Part shown: in pieces, positions 1 to 11,826 of the stretch
How the letters are laid out: every line of letters begins with the position of its first letter
Numbering within the stretch: the first letter of the stretch is position 1
Source: Dendrobates tinctorius
Taxonomy: Eukaryota
DNA: 64,000 nt
Reading direction: 5' to 3'
NCBI RefSeq assembly: GCF_039654945.1
Contig: NW_027361924.1
Location: 10,354,001-10,418,000 of the forward strand
Position numbers and translations under genes: made by a program
Notes under the pieces: generated by a model
What the model saw: the letters and a program-made list of their open reading frames with translations, nothing else
What the model was told of the DNA's origin: nothing
Database searches by the model: none

Positions 1-295
1 CACCACAGATAACACAGTGATAACTCTCTGAGTACAGATAATGTAGTAGATGTCACCTGCAGTCCCATGTAACACCACAGATAACACAGTGATAACTCTC
101 TGAGTACAGATAATGTAGTAGATGTCACCTGCAGTCCTATGTAACACCACAGATAAAACAGTGATATCTCTCTGAGGACAGATAATGTAGTATATGTCAC
201 CTGCAGTCCTATGTAACACCACAGATAAGATGGTGATAACTCTCTGAGTACAGATAATGTAGTAGATGTCACCTGCAGTCCTATGTAACACCATA
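1..295. repeat. 72-bp tandem repeat (about 4 copies, runs off the window start)
   Basis: Unit caccacagataacacagtgataactctctgagtacagataatgtagtagatgtcacctgcagtcctatgtaa starts at 1, 73, 145 and 217. Confidence 0.95.
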
Positions 296-318
296 TTAAC
301 AGTGGTTTCCTGCGCAGG

Positions 319-1473
319 ATGGATGATGATGGCGCCCCGGACGTGGTGTCGGAGCTGGAGGGGAAGGGGTTGGGAGTCTGGGGGCTTCTGCAGGTGGCGG
401 GGTGCACAGGACTGGCCGCGTACTCTGTCTGGGCACTGGTGCTGATGCCCGGCTTCCGGAAAGTGCCGCTGAAGTTGCAGGTGAGGACCGGTGCCGTCCC
501 CCGCGTCCTGTGATTGGCTGGTTGCTGCCCATGGCGTCTCCTCTTCTCGTGCCCAGGTGCCCTACATGCCGGCCAGCGCCAGACAAGTGGAGAACGTGAT
601 GACGCTGCTGAAGGGGCGCACAGGAAAGATGGCGGACCTGGGCTCCGGGGACGGCAGGATTGTGAGGCGCCATCACATCACGCTGCACCGCTACGCTCAT
701 GCTGACGCCATACTCACTGACTGTCTCCTTCCTGCAGGTCCTGGAGGCGGCCAGGAGGGGATTCCACCCGGCCGTGGGGTACGAGCTGAACCCGTGGCTG
801 CTGCGCCTGTCCTGTTTCCACGCCTGGCGGTCCGGCTATCAGCAGAGGGTCACTTACTTACGCGAGGACCTGTGGAAGGTGCGACTGGCGGTCCCTGACA
901 CTGACCAGTATGGTCGCGTTATATTAACCCTTCCCCCTGCCATGGCGGTCCATCGGCCCCCGTGTTCACGCCTCCCGGGTCAGCGCCCTCGGACACCTCG
1001 GCGGGTCACACGCTTTAGATGCTGGTGTTGACAGCGGCACTCACGCGGTTGCACATCATGGGTCGTGTGCAGCAGGTCGGGGATCGCTGAATGGAAACCC
1101 TCTGGTGTGTCACCCAATACTTCCGCCATATCCCCATGTAATACCGCCATGTCGTCTGTCCGCAGGTGCTGCTGCACGACTGTGACAACGTCTCCGTGTT
1201 CCTGGCACCCAGCGTGGTAAGTGGCTGCTGTTTACTGATCTGGATCAGGACTGTGCCGACCGTGACGGTATTTATTGCTCACAGCTCGCGCTGCTGGAGA
1301 ACAAGATGCTGGCGGAGCTGCCGGCCGACGCCCGGGTCGTGACCGGACGGTTTCCGCTGCCCACGTGGCTGCCCAGTGACGTCACCGGAGAGGGCATAGA
1401 CAGAGCCTGGGCCTACGACATCAGGACTGTACGCCAGGCGGGCACAACCCCAGAGCCTGGCACGGCGGTGTGA
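319..1473 (+). CDS. ANTKMT: Adenine nucleotide translocase lysine N-methyltransferase (FAM173A); coding exons 319-480, 557-661, 738-878, 1166-1216, 1285-1473; 215 aa
   Basis: All introns are GT-AG and phase-consistent. The protein has an N-terminal TM segment, [14 protein letters not shown], the SAM-binding motif [23 protein letters not shown] and [10 protein letters not shown]. Tail-to-tail adjacency to CCDC78, as in human, favours FAM173A over the paralogue FAM173B. Confidence 0.92.
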
Positions 1474-1772
1474 CCAGAGCCCGGACAGTCACACCTCCCT
1501 ACCCTACAGGTGTGCTGACCGTCATCACTGGAAACAGTCAGCAAGCACAGTGCCTGCTTGTGTAGTCAGGGGACAAGTCGGGGATGCTGGGAGGTTTCTG
1601 CTCCGAGGGCTGCAGAGTTGTGAGTGCAGCTCCGGAGTATGACACACACTGTGATGTGTTTTATGACGGTAACGTGACATCTCTCTTTTACCAGTGATTT
1701 ATTGGTATTTAGATTGATTTTCTTCCTTTTAACATTTATGTTTAAAAAATCTGAAAATTTTGGTAAATTTTA

Positions 1773-1778
1773 AATAAA
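1773..1778 (+). terminator. Probable poly(A) signal of ANTKMT
   Basis: AATAAA 300 nt after the stop codon, followed by T-rich sequence. Confidence 0.6.
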
Positions 1779-1856
1779 ATTTATTTAATTTTAAGAATTA
1801 TAGTTTTTTCAGGCCCTGAATTGTATTACTAGGAAGAAGCGTTATAGATGGTCGTT

Positions 1857-2338
1857 CTCCAGGCTCCTCCCCCTCACTGAGGCCCCTCCCCGTATGGTGT
1901 CTCTCCCTTCCTAAGGCTCCTCCCACTTACTGAGGTCCCTCCCCTTAAGGCTCCTCCCCAAATGGTGTCCCTCCCCTTACTAAGACTCCTCCCACTTACT
2001 GAGGCCCCTCCCCTTATTAAGGCTCCGCCCTGTGTGGTGTCCCTCCCCCTTACTAAGGCTCCTCCCACTTACTGAGGCCCCTCCCCGTATTAAGGCTCCT
2101 CCCCACATGGTGTCTCTCCCCTTACTAAGGCTCCTCCCCGTATGGTGCCCCTCCCCTTACCAAGGCTCCTCCCACTTACTGAGGCCTCTCCCCTTACTAA
2201 GGCTCCTCCCACTTACTGAGGCCCCTCCCCTTATTGAGGCCTCTCCCCTTATTAAGGCTCCTCCCTGTGTGGTGTACCTCCCCTTACTAATGCTCCTCCC
2301 ACTTACGGAGGTCCCTCCCCTTATTAAGACTCCTCCCT
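1857..2338. repeat. Degenerate ~20-bp C-rich minisatellite (ggctcctccccttactaa-like)
   Basis: Repeated ctcctccc(c/a)cttact(a/g)agg units between the two 3' ends. Confidence 0.85.
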
Positions 2339-2838
2339 TCAGTTCTGGTAATGGCCTTTTCTCTCTCAGGGTTTAGGATCTTCTTTCCTAGCATGGAAAT
2401 CAGCTGACCTCCTAGTGAGTTTGTATCCAGCAACCAATCTAAACAAGCAGAGCTGCAGTGTAAAGCATGGGGGACAGAGCAGGATTCCAAGCCTTTGATA
2501 AGATTCGGTGTGGACTGACTTCCTGGTGAGTTTGTACTTAAGCAGTAATGTAGTGTAAAGCATGGAGGCAACAAGGCTTTGATGAAAAAGGAGGGGGATT
2601 TCAGACTACCTTAGACTCCCACAGACAATGCAGCTGAGCTGGAGTCACAATTTATAGCCCTGATGTATCAGGACAAGCCGACACTGAACCCAATAAGTAG
2701 GATTTATGAGAACTGTGCAAAAATAAATATTATTTTAATAATATGATAATGAATGACGTCCGAGCCCAGATCTCAGGCCTCACAGCTCCTCCAGTGAAGA
2801 GGCTGCTGTGCACTGCCGCTCACAGCCAGCAGAGGGCC

Positions 2839-5800
2839 TCACATCTCATGGCTGCTTCTCCTTGTAGCACGAAACAGCAGTGACTGAGGAGCGTCAGCAC
2901 TGAAGGCTCTCTGACCGTCACTGCCCATAAGTTTCCGCAGTCGCATTATTTCCTGCTTATACCTGGGGAGAGAGAAAATACAGTACAGGAGAACTAATGT
3001 CTGCACAGTGACTGCGCCAGCAGAATAGTGAGCGCAGCTCTGGGGTATAATACAGGATGTAACTCTGGATCAGTAATGTAATGTATGTACACAGGGACTG
3101 CACCAGCAGAATAGTGAGTGCAGCTCTGGAGTATAATACAGGAGGTAACTCAGGATCAGTAATGTAATGTATGTACGCAGTGACTGCACCAGCAGAATAG
3201 TGAGTGCAGCTCTGGGGTATAATACAGGATGCAACTCAGGATCAGTAATGTAATGTATGTACACAGTGACTGCACCAGCAGAATGGTGAGTGCAGCTCTG
3301 GAGTATAATACAGGATGTAACTCTGGATCAGTAATGTAATGTATGTACACAGTGACTGCACCAGCAGAATAGTGAGTGGAGCTCTGGGGTATAATACAGG
3401 ATGTAACTCAGGATCAGTAATGTATGTACACAGTGACTGCACCAGCAGAATAGTGAGTGCAGCTCTGGGGTATAATACAGGATGTAACTCAGGATCAGTA
3501 ATGTAATGTAATGTAATGTATGTACACAGTGACTGCACCAGCAGAATAGTGAGTGCTGCTCTGGAGTATAATACAGGATGTAACTCAGGATCAGTAATGT
3601 ATGTACACAGTGACTGCACCAGCAGAATAGTGAGTGCAGCTCTGGGGTATAATACAGGAGGTAACTCAGGATCAGTAATGTATGTACACAGTGACTGCAC
3701 TAGCAGAATAGTGAGTGCAGCTCTGGGGTATAATACAGGATGTAGCTCAGGATCAGTAATGTAATGTATGTACACAGTGACTGCACCAGCAGAATAGTGA
3801 GTGCAGCTCTGGGGTATAATACAGGAGGTAACTCAGGATCAGTAATGTAATGTATGTACACAGTGACTGCACCAGCAGAATAGTGAGTGCTGCTCTGGAG
3901 TACAATACAGGATGTAACTGGATGAATACAGTGCTGTCCTCACCTTCCCAGGTGCTTATCCACATATTCCTGCAGCTCTGCCACCTGCTCCTCTGCTACC
4001 ACCGCTCTCGCCAGCAGCTGACTTCTTTCCTTCTCCAAATCTTCCTAATTAACCCAAACAATAATAATGCCTTGTGTGAACTGTGACAGCCAGTGCGATA
4101 TTCAGTAATGTAATGAACCAAATATACTGCAGAGTCTGAGTGTAAGATGCCATCAGACCACTAGGTGGCAGTAGTGGCCGTCTCGCCTCTAGAATCAGGT
4201 CATCTCATCAGCAGTATTCCAGGTCTGTCCATCAGAGGTTCTCCCCGTATTCAGTACCGGACACCTCTATACCTGTGTGCTGTGGGTGAACTCTCTCAGC
4301 TGCTTCCTGATCTCTGCCCAGTTCTCCTCGCTCAGGTGGCTGCGTTGTCTGCATATTAGAGGGACACACGGTCATTGACATCGCCAGGACAAATAACATG
4401 CCCAGATGTTATCAGTTGCATCTCTTACAGAAAACATGGCTACTTTCTTCTTACAAATAGTGCCACACCTGCCCACAGATTGTTTGTGGTATTGCAAATC
4501 AACCCCTGAACAATCTCTTAAAAAATAAGTCCTCTAACATGCTGATCATGGCGATCAATATGATCATGTGATGTTATGCCCCGCCCCCCAGTCACTCTGA
4601 GAATGTCACATGCCCTGTTTCTCCATCCCCCAGGGGGCAGCAGCAAATACTGTATCTTAAAGGGATAGTTCATTTTTTTTTATATGGAGGGAAAAAAGAA
4701 ACCCAAGACAACAGGCATGGACAAGCCCTTTAAGTCACACCCACTATGATTTTCATTCTCGCTCTTCCCCCTTACTCACTGTTGATTGGACATCATATTG
4801 TCATTTATTCTTCTCTGCAATAAGAGAGGGAGAACAATTAGTAATTAGCATAATGAACAGATAACTCCTCCCACAATTCATGATTTACATAATCCACCAA
4901 CCTTCTCCTTCAGGTCCTGGACCTGGGACTCCAGCCGGGCCTTGTCCTCCCGTAGTCGGTTTATCTCCAGGGACGACTGGGACTGTAGATCGGGGTCAGT
5001 GATGGAGAAGTGATGTTCAGGGGGGCCGGGGTCCACATCATGGCTCCCCAGAGCCATGATCTGCTCCCTCTGCATGCTGGAAGTGCATGGAAACCATCAT
5101 CACACTGTGTATGTGAGCTCTGGGGTCGGACTACAACTCCCAGTATTCCATGGATACCTAGGCAACTACGCACGGAGTTAGGAAAGAGGAGACATCCTGG
5201 TGATGGTCTCGGCAGGAACTGAATGGGACATGGACACTGGTGTCAGACTCAGTGCCGTACTGGGGCCCCCACTAGGATCCTGCCCAGGGCCACAACATTG
5301 TTACGTCTAGGTCTGATATTACCGATACGCAATCATCAGGCTCTCATGTTTCTTGATGAGGTTCTGCATCCTCTTCTTGTACTGCCGCGTCGCTGTCGCC
5401 AGCTGTTCCTCCCGAGATCTGTGCGAAGCTTTCATGTCGCTGAGCATGCTGTCCACGTATTGCTTCATACGAGCCGCCTCCATCTTACCACCTGTACCAT
5501 TTCTCAGATTCCCATCCACATAATCCTACAAGGGAGCAAAGGGTTAAGCATCCTACATCCGATCATCGTCCACCATCCTACAATCTTTCATATCCCACCA
5601 TGATCCTGCATCCCAGCCATCATCCTGCACCCCACCACCGTCATGCTACATCACACCGTCATGCTACATCACACTGTCGTCCTACTTCCCACCATTATCC
5701 TACACCCCACAATCACCCTACTTCCCACCCTCATCCTACATTCATCCTACTTCCTGTCATCCTACTTCCCACCATCATCCTACATCCCGCCATCGTCCTA

Positions 5801-8800
5801 CATCCCGCCATCGTCCTACATCCCACCATCGTCCTACATCCCACCATCGTCCTACATCCCACCATCGTCCTACATCCCACCATCATCCTACATCCCACCA
5901 TCATCCTACATCCCACCATCATCCTACATCCCACCATCATCCTACATCCTAGCATCATCCTACATCATTATCCTACATCCCACAATCACCCTACTTCCCA
6001 CCCTCATCCTACATTCATCCTACTTCCTGTCATCCTACTTCCCACCATCATCCTACATCCCGCCATCGTCCTACATCCCGCCATCGTCCTACATCCCACC
6101 ATCGTCCTACATCCCACCATCGTCCTACATCCCACCATCATCCTACATCCCACCATCATCCTACATCCCACCATCATCCTACATCCCACCATCATCCTAC
6201 ATCCTAGCATCATCCTACATCATTATCCTACATCCCACAATCACCCTACTTCCCACCATCATCCTACATTCATCCTACTTCCTGTCATCCTACTTCCCAC
6301 CATCATCCTACATACCACCATCATCCTACATCCCTCCAAGATCCTGATTCCCACCGTCATCCTGAATCTCACCATTATCCTATATCCCACTATCATCCTA
6401 CAGCCCACCATCATCCTACATCCAACGATCATCCTATATCCCACCACGATCTTACATCTCAGCATCGTTCTATATATCACCATCTTCCTACATCCCACCC
6501 TTATTCCACATACCACCATCCTACATCTCACTATTGTGGCGCCCCTGAGGCTCAGTCGCCACAGAGGTACTGCACCTACTCCTGAGGTGTGGTGCCCCAC
6601 CATCCAGGTAAGTTGGAGGCTCATGACCACGCTCCAACACTCGCACCCCACACAACACGGTAGTTCAGCAAAGCCACATTGCGGCTCTTTGCTTAGACAG
6701 AAGCAGAGCACCTTTGGTGGCTCCCTGCTTGGAACACGAAACGTGCTGGGAGTCGGGTGGAGTTTAGAATACATAAAAGAGCGGGAAGGTTTAGAGTTAC
6801 AGGTCAGTTTGAGAGAGGAAGCCACTCAGAGAGGAGTGAGGAAAGAAGATCCCTGGAAGAGGGATGGAGGAAGGAGGTGCTGCAGCAGATCTCAGTGACC
6901 TGGGTCTGCTGGCACGGGAAAGGAAAGAAGGAGAAAGACGTTGAACTGAAGCCTGAGCTTCCATAAGAAAGAAAGGCAAGTATGGAACGTAGGAGTAAAA
7001 GGGAACAGAGAGGACGTGGGTTAGAGGAAGAACCCTGCCTAGAAGTTCTAAGCGCAAGGCCGGGGCCCGGTCCCCGAGGTTGTATGGACACTAATGGTTC
7101 TGCAGCAGACACCGGTGGAGTAGTGGGCTGTAAATGCACTACTCCCATGTCCATCTAAGACTTGGGGGCACAACAGCAACTTGGATAGTGAGCCAGGACT
7201 CAGGAGTAGAGAGTCCCTGAAGCAGGCTACAGCTATCTGCCGTACAAGTAGAGTTCTTGGGAACATCTGTCAGGAGGCACTCCAGTGTAATTCAGTACTG
7301 GGAGTACTTTACACTTAAAGGCGCTATAGAGGAGACGTTCAGAAAGGCACATGTTGGCGGAGCGTGGGAAGGGAGCATTCCATCTTGCCTGGAGGTTGAC
7401 TGAGTCCCTGACCCGGAGGACACAGCACGGAGGCAGGCACCTGTGTGTACTACAGGCTGTGAGTAAAGCTTTGGAACTGCAAGCCCTGGTGTCCTCCATT
7501 CATTCTTGCGCCAGCGCATCCAACCCCGCTACATCTGGGTACCAGCTTGTACACCGCTTGTGCCTCTCCTCTTCCCCCACATCTACACTGCCCTGGGGCT
7601 ATAGCTCCACCTGTGGGGAGCTTCACCATCTAGGCTGCAACACACCACCAGCCCCAGAGGACCTGCATGCAGCGTCGGCCTAACATCTCACTTGCCGAAC
7701 ACCACAGGTGGCGTCACGAACTATTCATTCAAACCATTACATTCCCCCCCATTACTTGGACGCCCAGGGCCATGGACCGGATCCCCGCTGCTGTGACACA
7801 TCCCGCTGATACCGGCCCGGTACCGAGTACCCCACAGCCCTGGGAGGCTACATCCCACCCTCATTCTACATACTAACCTCCTATAACCCACCATTGTCAT
7901 ACATCCCATCATCATCCTACATTTCCTCTGTCATCCCACCATCCTCTCACCCCCGCCACACTCCTACATTTAGGAGTAGCCATAGTTTAGGACTCTCACC
8001 GCCAGGTCCTGGATGTAGCGGTTGAGTCTGGAGCGATACTCCTCATTGAGCTCTTTCAGCTGCATCTGAAGACGTGAGTTTTCAGCTTCAACCTCCTTCA
8101 GCTGACTCTGAGATGTCAAGAGAACCTGAAGAAGATACAGGTAAGTATCCTAAGATGTCTCCACCCTGGGTGAGAGTGGAGAACCAAAGACACAACAGGT
8201 TATAATACTGGTGCCTCAGCCCCGTTACCCACCGCGGACTTCTCAGCCATCTTGTGCTGAGTGTTGCGGATGGCTCTTTTCGCCTCTTGTAGCTCCTTAC
8301 CCATGGCGATCCTGTGATTACACGTAACATATGAGACTGACGGGTGCCTTCTTATAGAGCTTTTCTGGATCTTGGAGGGCTCTTGGGTGCTACTTACACT
8401 CGCTCCTCTAACTTCTGCTGCTGGGTGTCATGGATCTTCTTCATACTTTCTATCTCTTCCTTGATCTCATCCTGATTTCCAAACAGCTGCAAAGATCCAA
8501 AGATTGCTCATGTATCTGCCATCTTATAAATATCATAAACAAGCGGGAAATCACAACTTACGTTTCTTTCCAGTTTTTTCCGCTCGTGTTCTGAAGCCAC
8601 CAGCTCTTCTGGCTGAAATACACAACATTTTTGTAATGACTTAATCTTTTCCTTCTACCAGCCCTGTCTTAAAAGGAATTTCCACCTGAACGTATCGTCC
8701 GGTATGTTCTAGAGTCGTATATGTAATAGGGTTATATATAGTGAGTACTGTGTCAGGGATTCTTTGTTATTTTAAGGAGACCTCGTAGATCTAATTTCTA

Positions 8801-11250
8801 AAAAAAACTTTTATTTCTAGGCTGAGATATATTGTGTTGACGTTCTAGGCCCGAAGCCTGAGCAGAGTATCTGACGAAACTAATCTTCTCTTCATTCCTG
8901 TTAGGTGCAGTGTTGTCATGGACAGTGTTTGTCCTGATTGGACAACCTATTTAAGAACTAGAGAAAGTCTTCGTCTCCATAAAAAATGTGCACCTGATAC
9001 ATTGACATGGAAAGCCCATTTAAGCCAGACACATCTTTGACATTACAAGCAGTAATGTGGATCTGACCAAGTACCTTGATTTTACGAGCTGACAGGCGGT
9101 TGACCATGGCTCGCACCCTGTCCAATTCTGCGGTGGCCTCGTTCACCAGAGCTCGAGACTGTGCGTAGGTGTCATCTTTCTCTCGGTTGACCAGGTTGAG
9201 AAGCTCCATGCTCAGCTCATCATTCTTGCCCACCTGTAAGGAAAAATTGGAGAGGGCCGAAGACATCAGGTGAAAAATCTCTAAAGGATTCCATACACCC
9301 TTATATATACTGTAGATGTGGCCAGTGGGGCAGGGCGAAAATAACTAAACTTCTTAAAGGCAAAGTCCTCACCTCGTGCTCGTGTTCTTTGCTCAGTGCC
9401 AAGTAATTGCTCTTCAAAACGATGTACTCGTCAGCCAGCTCCTTACGGTTGATCTCCACTGATCGGAGACGATCCTTCAAAGCCTCGTGCTCCCCAGTTA
9501 ACTTCTCTTTATGAAGTTCCACAGTCATCAGTCGGTTCTCCAAAGTCAAGATCTACAAATCAGGTAGAAGGGGCATATAGACTTTCAGTTTTAACAGACA
9601 CTTCTGATACTGCTGCCCATCCCCTATGCTTTTTACTGCAGCTCTGCTTATTCAGATTGGCTACTGAGTAGCCGCAAAAGCTCAGCAGCAAGTCTGCGCA
9701 TGGAGAAATGATTTCCATTACAGCAGCCATTAAACCCCTCGGTACAACTTACCGTATTCTTGAGTTCAAACGTCTCGGCCTCGTAGTGCTCCCTGATCTT
9801 GTTGGTTTCAATCTGAAGTTCGATTAACTCCTTAGAAATCTGTGAAGGATGAAATATAGGGGTCACCGCACTGGAAATTGGGGGGTAAAATAAAAACAAA
9901 AATACTGATTTATAAGTGATCGCAGTGCTTCCTCTAGGTCACATCAAATAGCTCCAAGTATTTCAACTTTCTAGACCCCAATGAAGAATGGTACACAGGG
10001 AGTGGGAGTGCTCCGTCTATCTTTCCTGAGCCAAAATCTATGACATTTACTGCAGGGTTGGAGAACATATGTTGCAGGTTCTACATAACGGGAGTCAAAA
10101 ACGTACAGCAGAGTTCTAGAGCATACAACTGAAAACAACGAGGTCTAGAACATGCAATCTTAACCATCTAGAGCTAGAGCATGTAACCTAATCCATATAG
10201 AACATGCAACCTTAACCATTTAGATATTGAACATGCAACCTTAAGCCTCTAGATCTAGATCATACAACCATAGCCATCTAAATCTAGAACATGCAACCTT
10301 AACAATCTAGAGTATACAACCTTAACCATGTGGATCTAGAACATACAACTTTAACCATCTAGTTTTAGAACATGCCACCTTAACCATCTAGTAATAGAAT
10401 ATACAACTTTAACCATATAAGTTCTAGAACATACAACCTTAACCATCTAGACCTAGAACATTCTACTTGAACCATCTCATTCCACAACCCAAAGAACATA
10501 TTAAAGATCTGTGATACCTTCAGCTTCTCCTCCTCACTGAGCACCAATCTTGAAGACAGATCCGTCTTGGACCCCGCCAGTTTCCCCATCTTGTTCTGCA
10601 GTTCGGTCAGCTTGGCGTACAATCTCTCATTGCGATCTTGCAGCTGAATCTGAGAGGGAGAAGAATCAGACCCAGGTCAACAGCACCCAACGTAGAAGAG
10701 TATCTCAGCTATGGTGGTCCTTGTTTGTCCATGTCAGGTCAGGTGAGAAATACCGTTATCAGGACACACTTACTGTTTGGACACCCATGGATGGAGTGAT
10801 CTGGGAGTAAATACTGTCCCACCCAGACCTGATGAAGGGTCTTGGTGTGGCCCCCATTAGGCTACACAGAAAACCTATGTGTTTCTTGATCATAGAGATC
10901 AGACATAACTAGTTGATCCTGCACAATGTGGACCCAACACACGCGTTTCGCAGTCCACGCTGACACTTCATAGGCTTTTCTACATGTTTTGATAACAGGG
11001 AACCCTGAATATTTGCCCTCTAGAGGTGTAACATATGGAAGTCCACTGTGGCAGAGATGGGTATTACCTCTGTAGGAATACCCCTGATCCCAACCATACA
11101 GGACAGATCTGACTATTCGATCCCCATTATCATACGCCCTCTTGCCCGCCATTTATAGCCGGAGATTATTTGTGATGGACTCACATTCTCGTTGCTCAGC
11201 TGTCGGACCTGTTCCTTCAGAGATGTGTCGCTGTCTACAGAGGAGTCCAT
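2839..11250 (-). CDS. CCDC78: Coiled-coil domain-containing protein 78 (deuterosome/centriole amplification); coding exons 11250-11185, 10649-10518, 9839-9753, 9552-9373, 9233-9075, 8612-8562, 8486-8398, 8311-8233, 8125-8000, 5525-5323, 5076-4902, 4814-4780, 4348-4273, 4044-3944, 2962-2839; about 560 aa
   Basis: 15 exons with GT-AG junctions join into one frame from MDSSVDSD to RRSSHEM*. Recognisable segments: SEEEKLKISKELIELQIETNKIREHYEAETFELKN, HRSREEQLA, WAEIRKQLREFTHSTQ and AEEQVAELQEYVDKHLGRYKQEI. Syntenic with ANTKMT. Confidence 0.92.
2996..3920. repeat. 81-91-bp tandem repeat (about 11 copies) filling the last CCDC78 intron
   Basis: Unit cacagtgactgcaccagcagaatagtgagtgcagctctgg(a/g)gtataatacaggatgtaactcaggatcagtaat(gtaat)ngtatgta. 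Confidence 0.95.
4158..4171 (+). promoter_or_regulatory. Consensus CTCF core motif (intronic)
   Basis: CCACTAGGTGGCAG fits CCASYAGRKGGCRS. Motif match only. Confidence 0.4.
5545..6530. repeat. 18-bp minisatellite (catcctacatcccaccat) with ~255-273-bp higher-order repeats; resumes at about 7849-7970 after the LTR
   Basis: Seen directly; it explains the spurious HPTIIL and PPSSYI ORFs. Confidence 0.9.
6535..7848 (+). mobile_element. Solo-LTR-like element, family A, copy 1 (CCDC78 intron)
   Basis: Starts TGTGGCGCCCC and ends ...ccggcccggtaccgagtaccccacagccctgggagg. Colinear with copies at 59340-61426 and 62981-64000. The last few nt and the TSD are not evident. Confidence 0.75.
10140..10475. 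repeat. Degenerate 23-29-bp tandem repeat (tctagaacatgcaaccttaacca)
   Basis: Seen directly in CCDC78 coding intron 2. Confidence 0.85.
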
Positions 11251-11625
11251 GATTGTCACACAGCACAGAGACGAAGCAATGCACCCGGGGCTGGATATGT
11301 TTACAGCAGGGATTGGGGTTACCTCGGAGACCTGGCCAGCAGATAGTCAGCGACTCCCCGGTGACGGGGAGGAGAATCACAAGGATTACAGGACCGGAGG
11401 GGCCGACTAAAGGCACGGCGACGTCACCTGAACTAAGTGTAATTATAATGCAGGGAAGAAAAAAGACCTGGTGCAGAACTACAACTCCCAGCATGCCCTG
11501 ATAGGTTTCTGTTGGTTGGGTGACAAAAATAGCACTCAATGTAACTTCAAGAGAAAGAGTCTGACATATATAGAGGAGGATATGCAATAAACGAGAAAAG
11601 TCTGAAAGTGCTGCCGTAGCTTTAT

Positions 11626-11767
11626 GGTAACTAAGCAACGATGACTTCCAGAAACAGGAAGTGGATTGCGTTCCACACACAGTTCTTCCTGGTTACCTAG
11701 GAAACAGAATCACATGCTTCTAGGAACAGTCAGGAGTCCTTGGGCGGGGCTCTGTTGCTTAGTAACC
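11626..11767 (-). promoter_or_regulatory. CCDC78 promoter: three RFX X-boxes, an ETS site and a GC box
   Basis: GGTAACTAAGCAAC (11626-11639), GTTACCTAGGAAAC (11692-11705), GTTGCTTAGTAACC (11754-11767), CAGGAAGTG (11655-11663), GGGCGGGGC (11742-11750). X-boxes are typical of ciliary genes. Confidence 0.75.
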
Positions 11768-11826
11768 AGTAAATTATTTAAAGTGACAGTACTGACATAA
11801 ATCTATGCATGTAACAGGAAACCTAG

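Noticed and set aside
3070-3775. MYIHYITDPEL… repeated ORFs
   Set aside because: Translation of an intronic 81-91-bp tandem repeat.
5600-6898. 432-aa HPTIIL ORF and overlapping ORFs
   Set aside because: Translation of an intronic 18-bp minisatellite running into an LTR.
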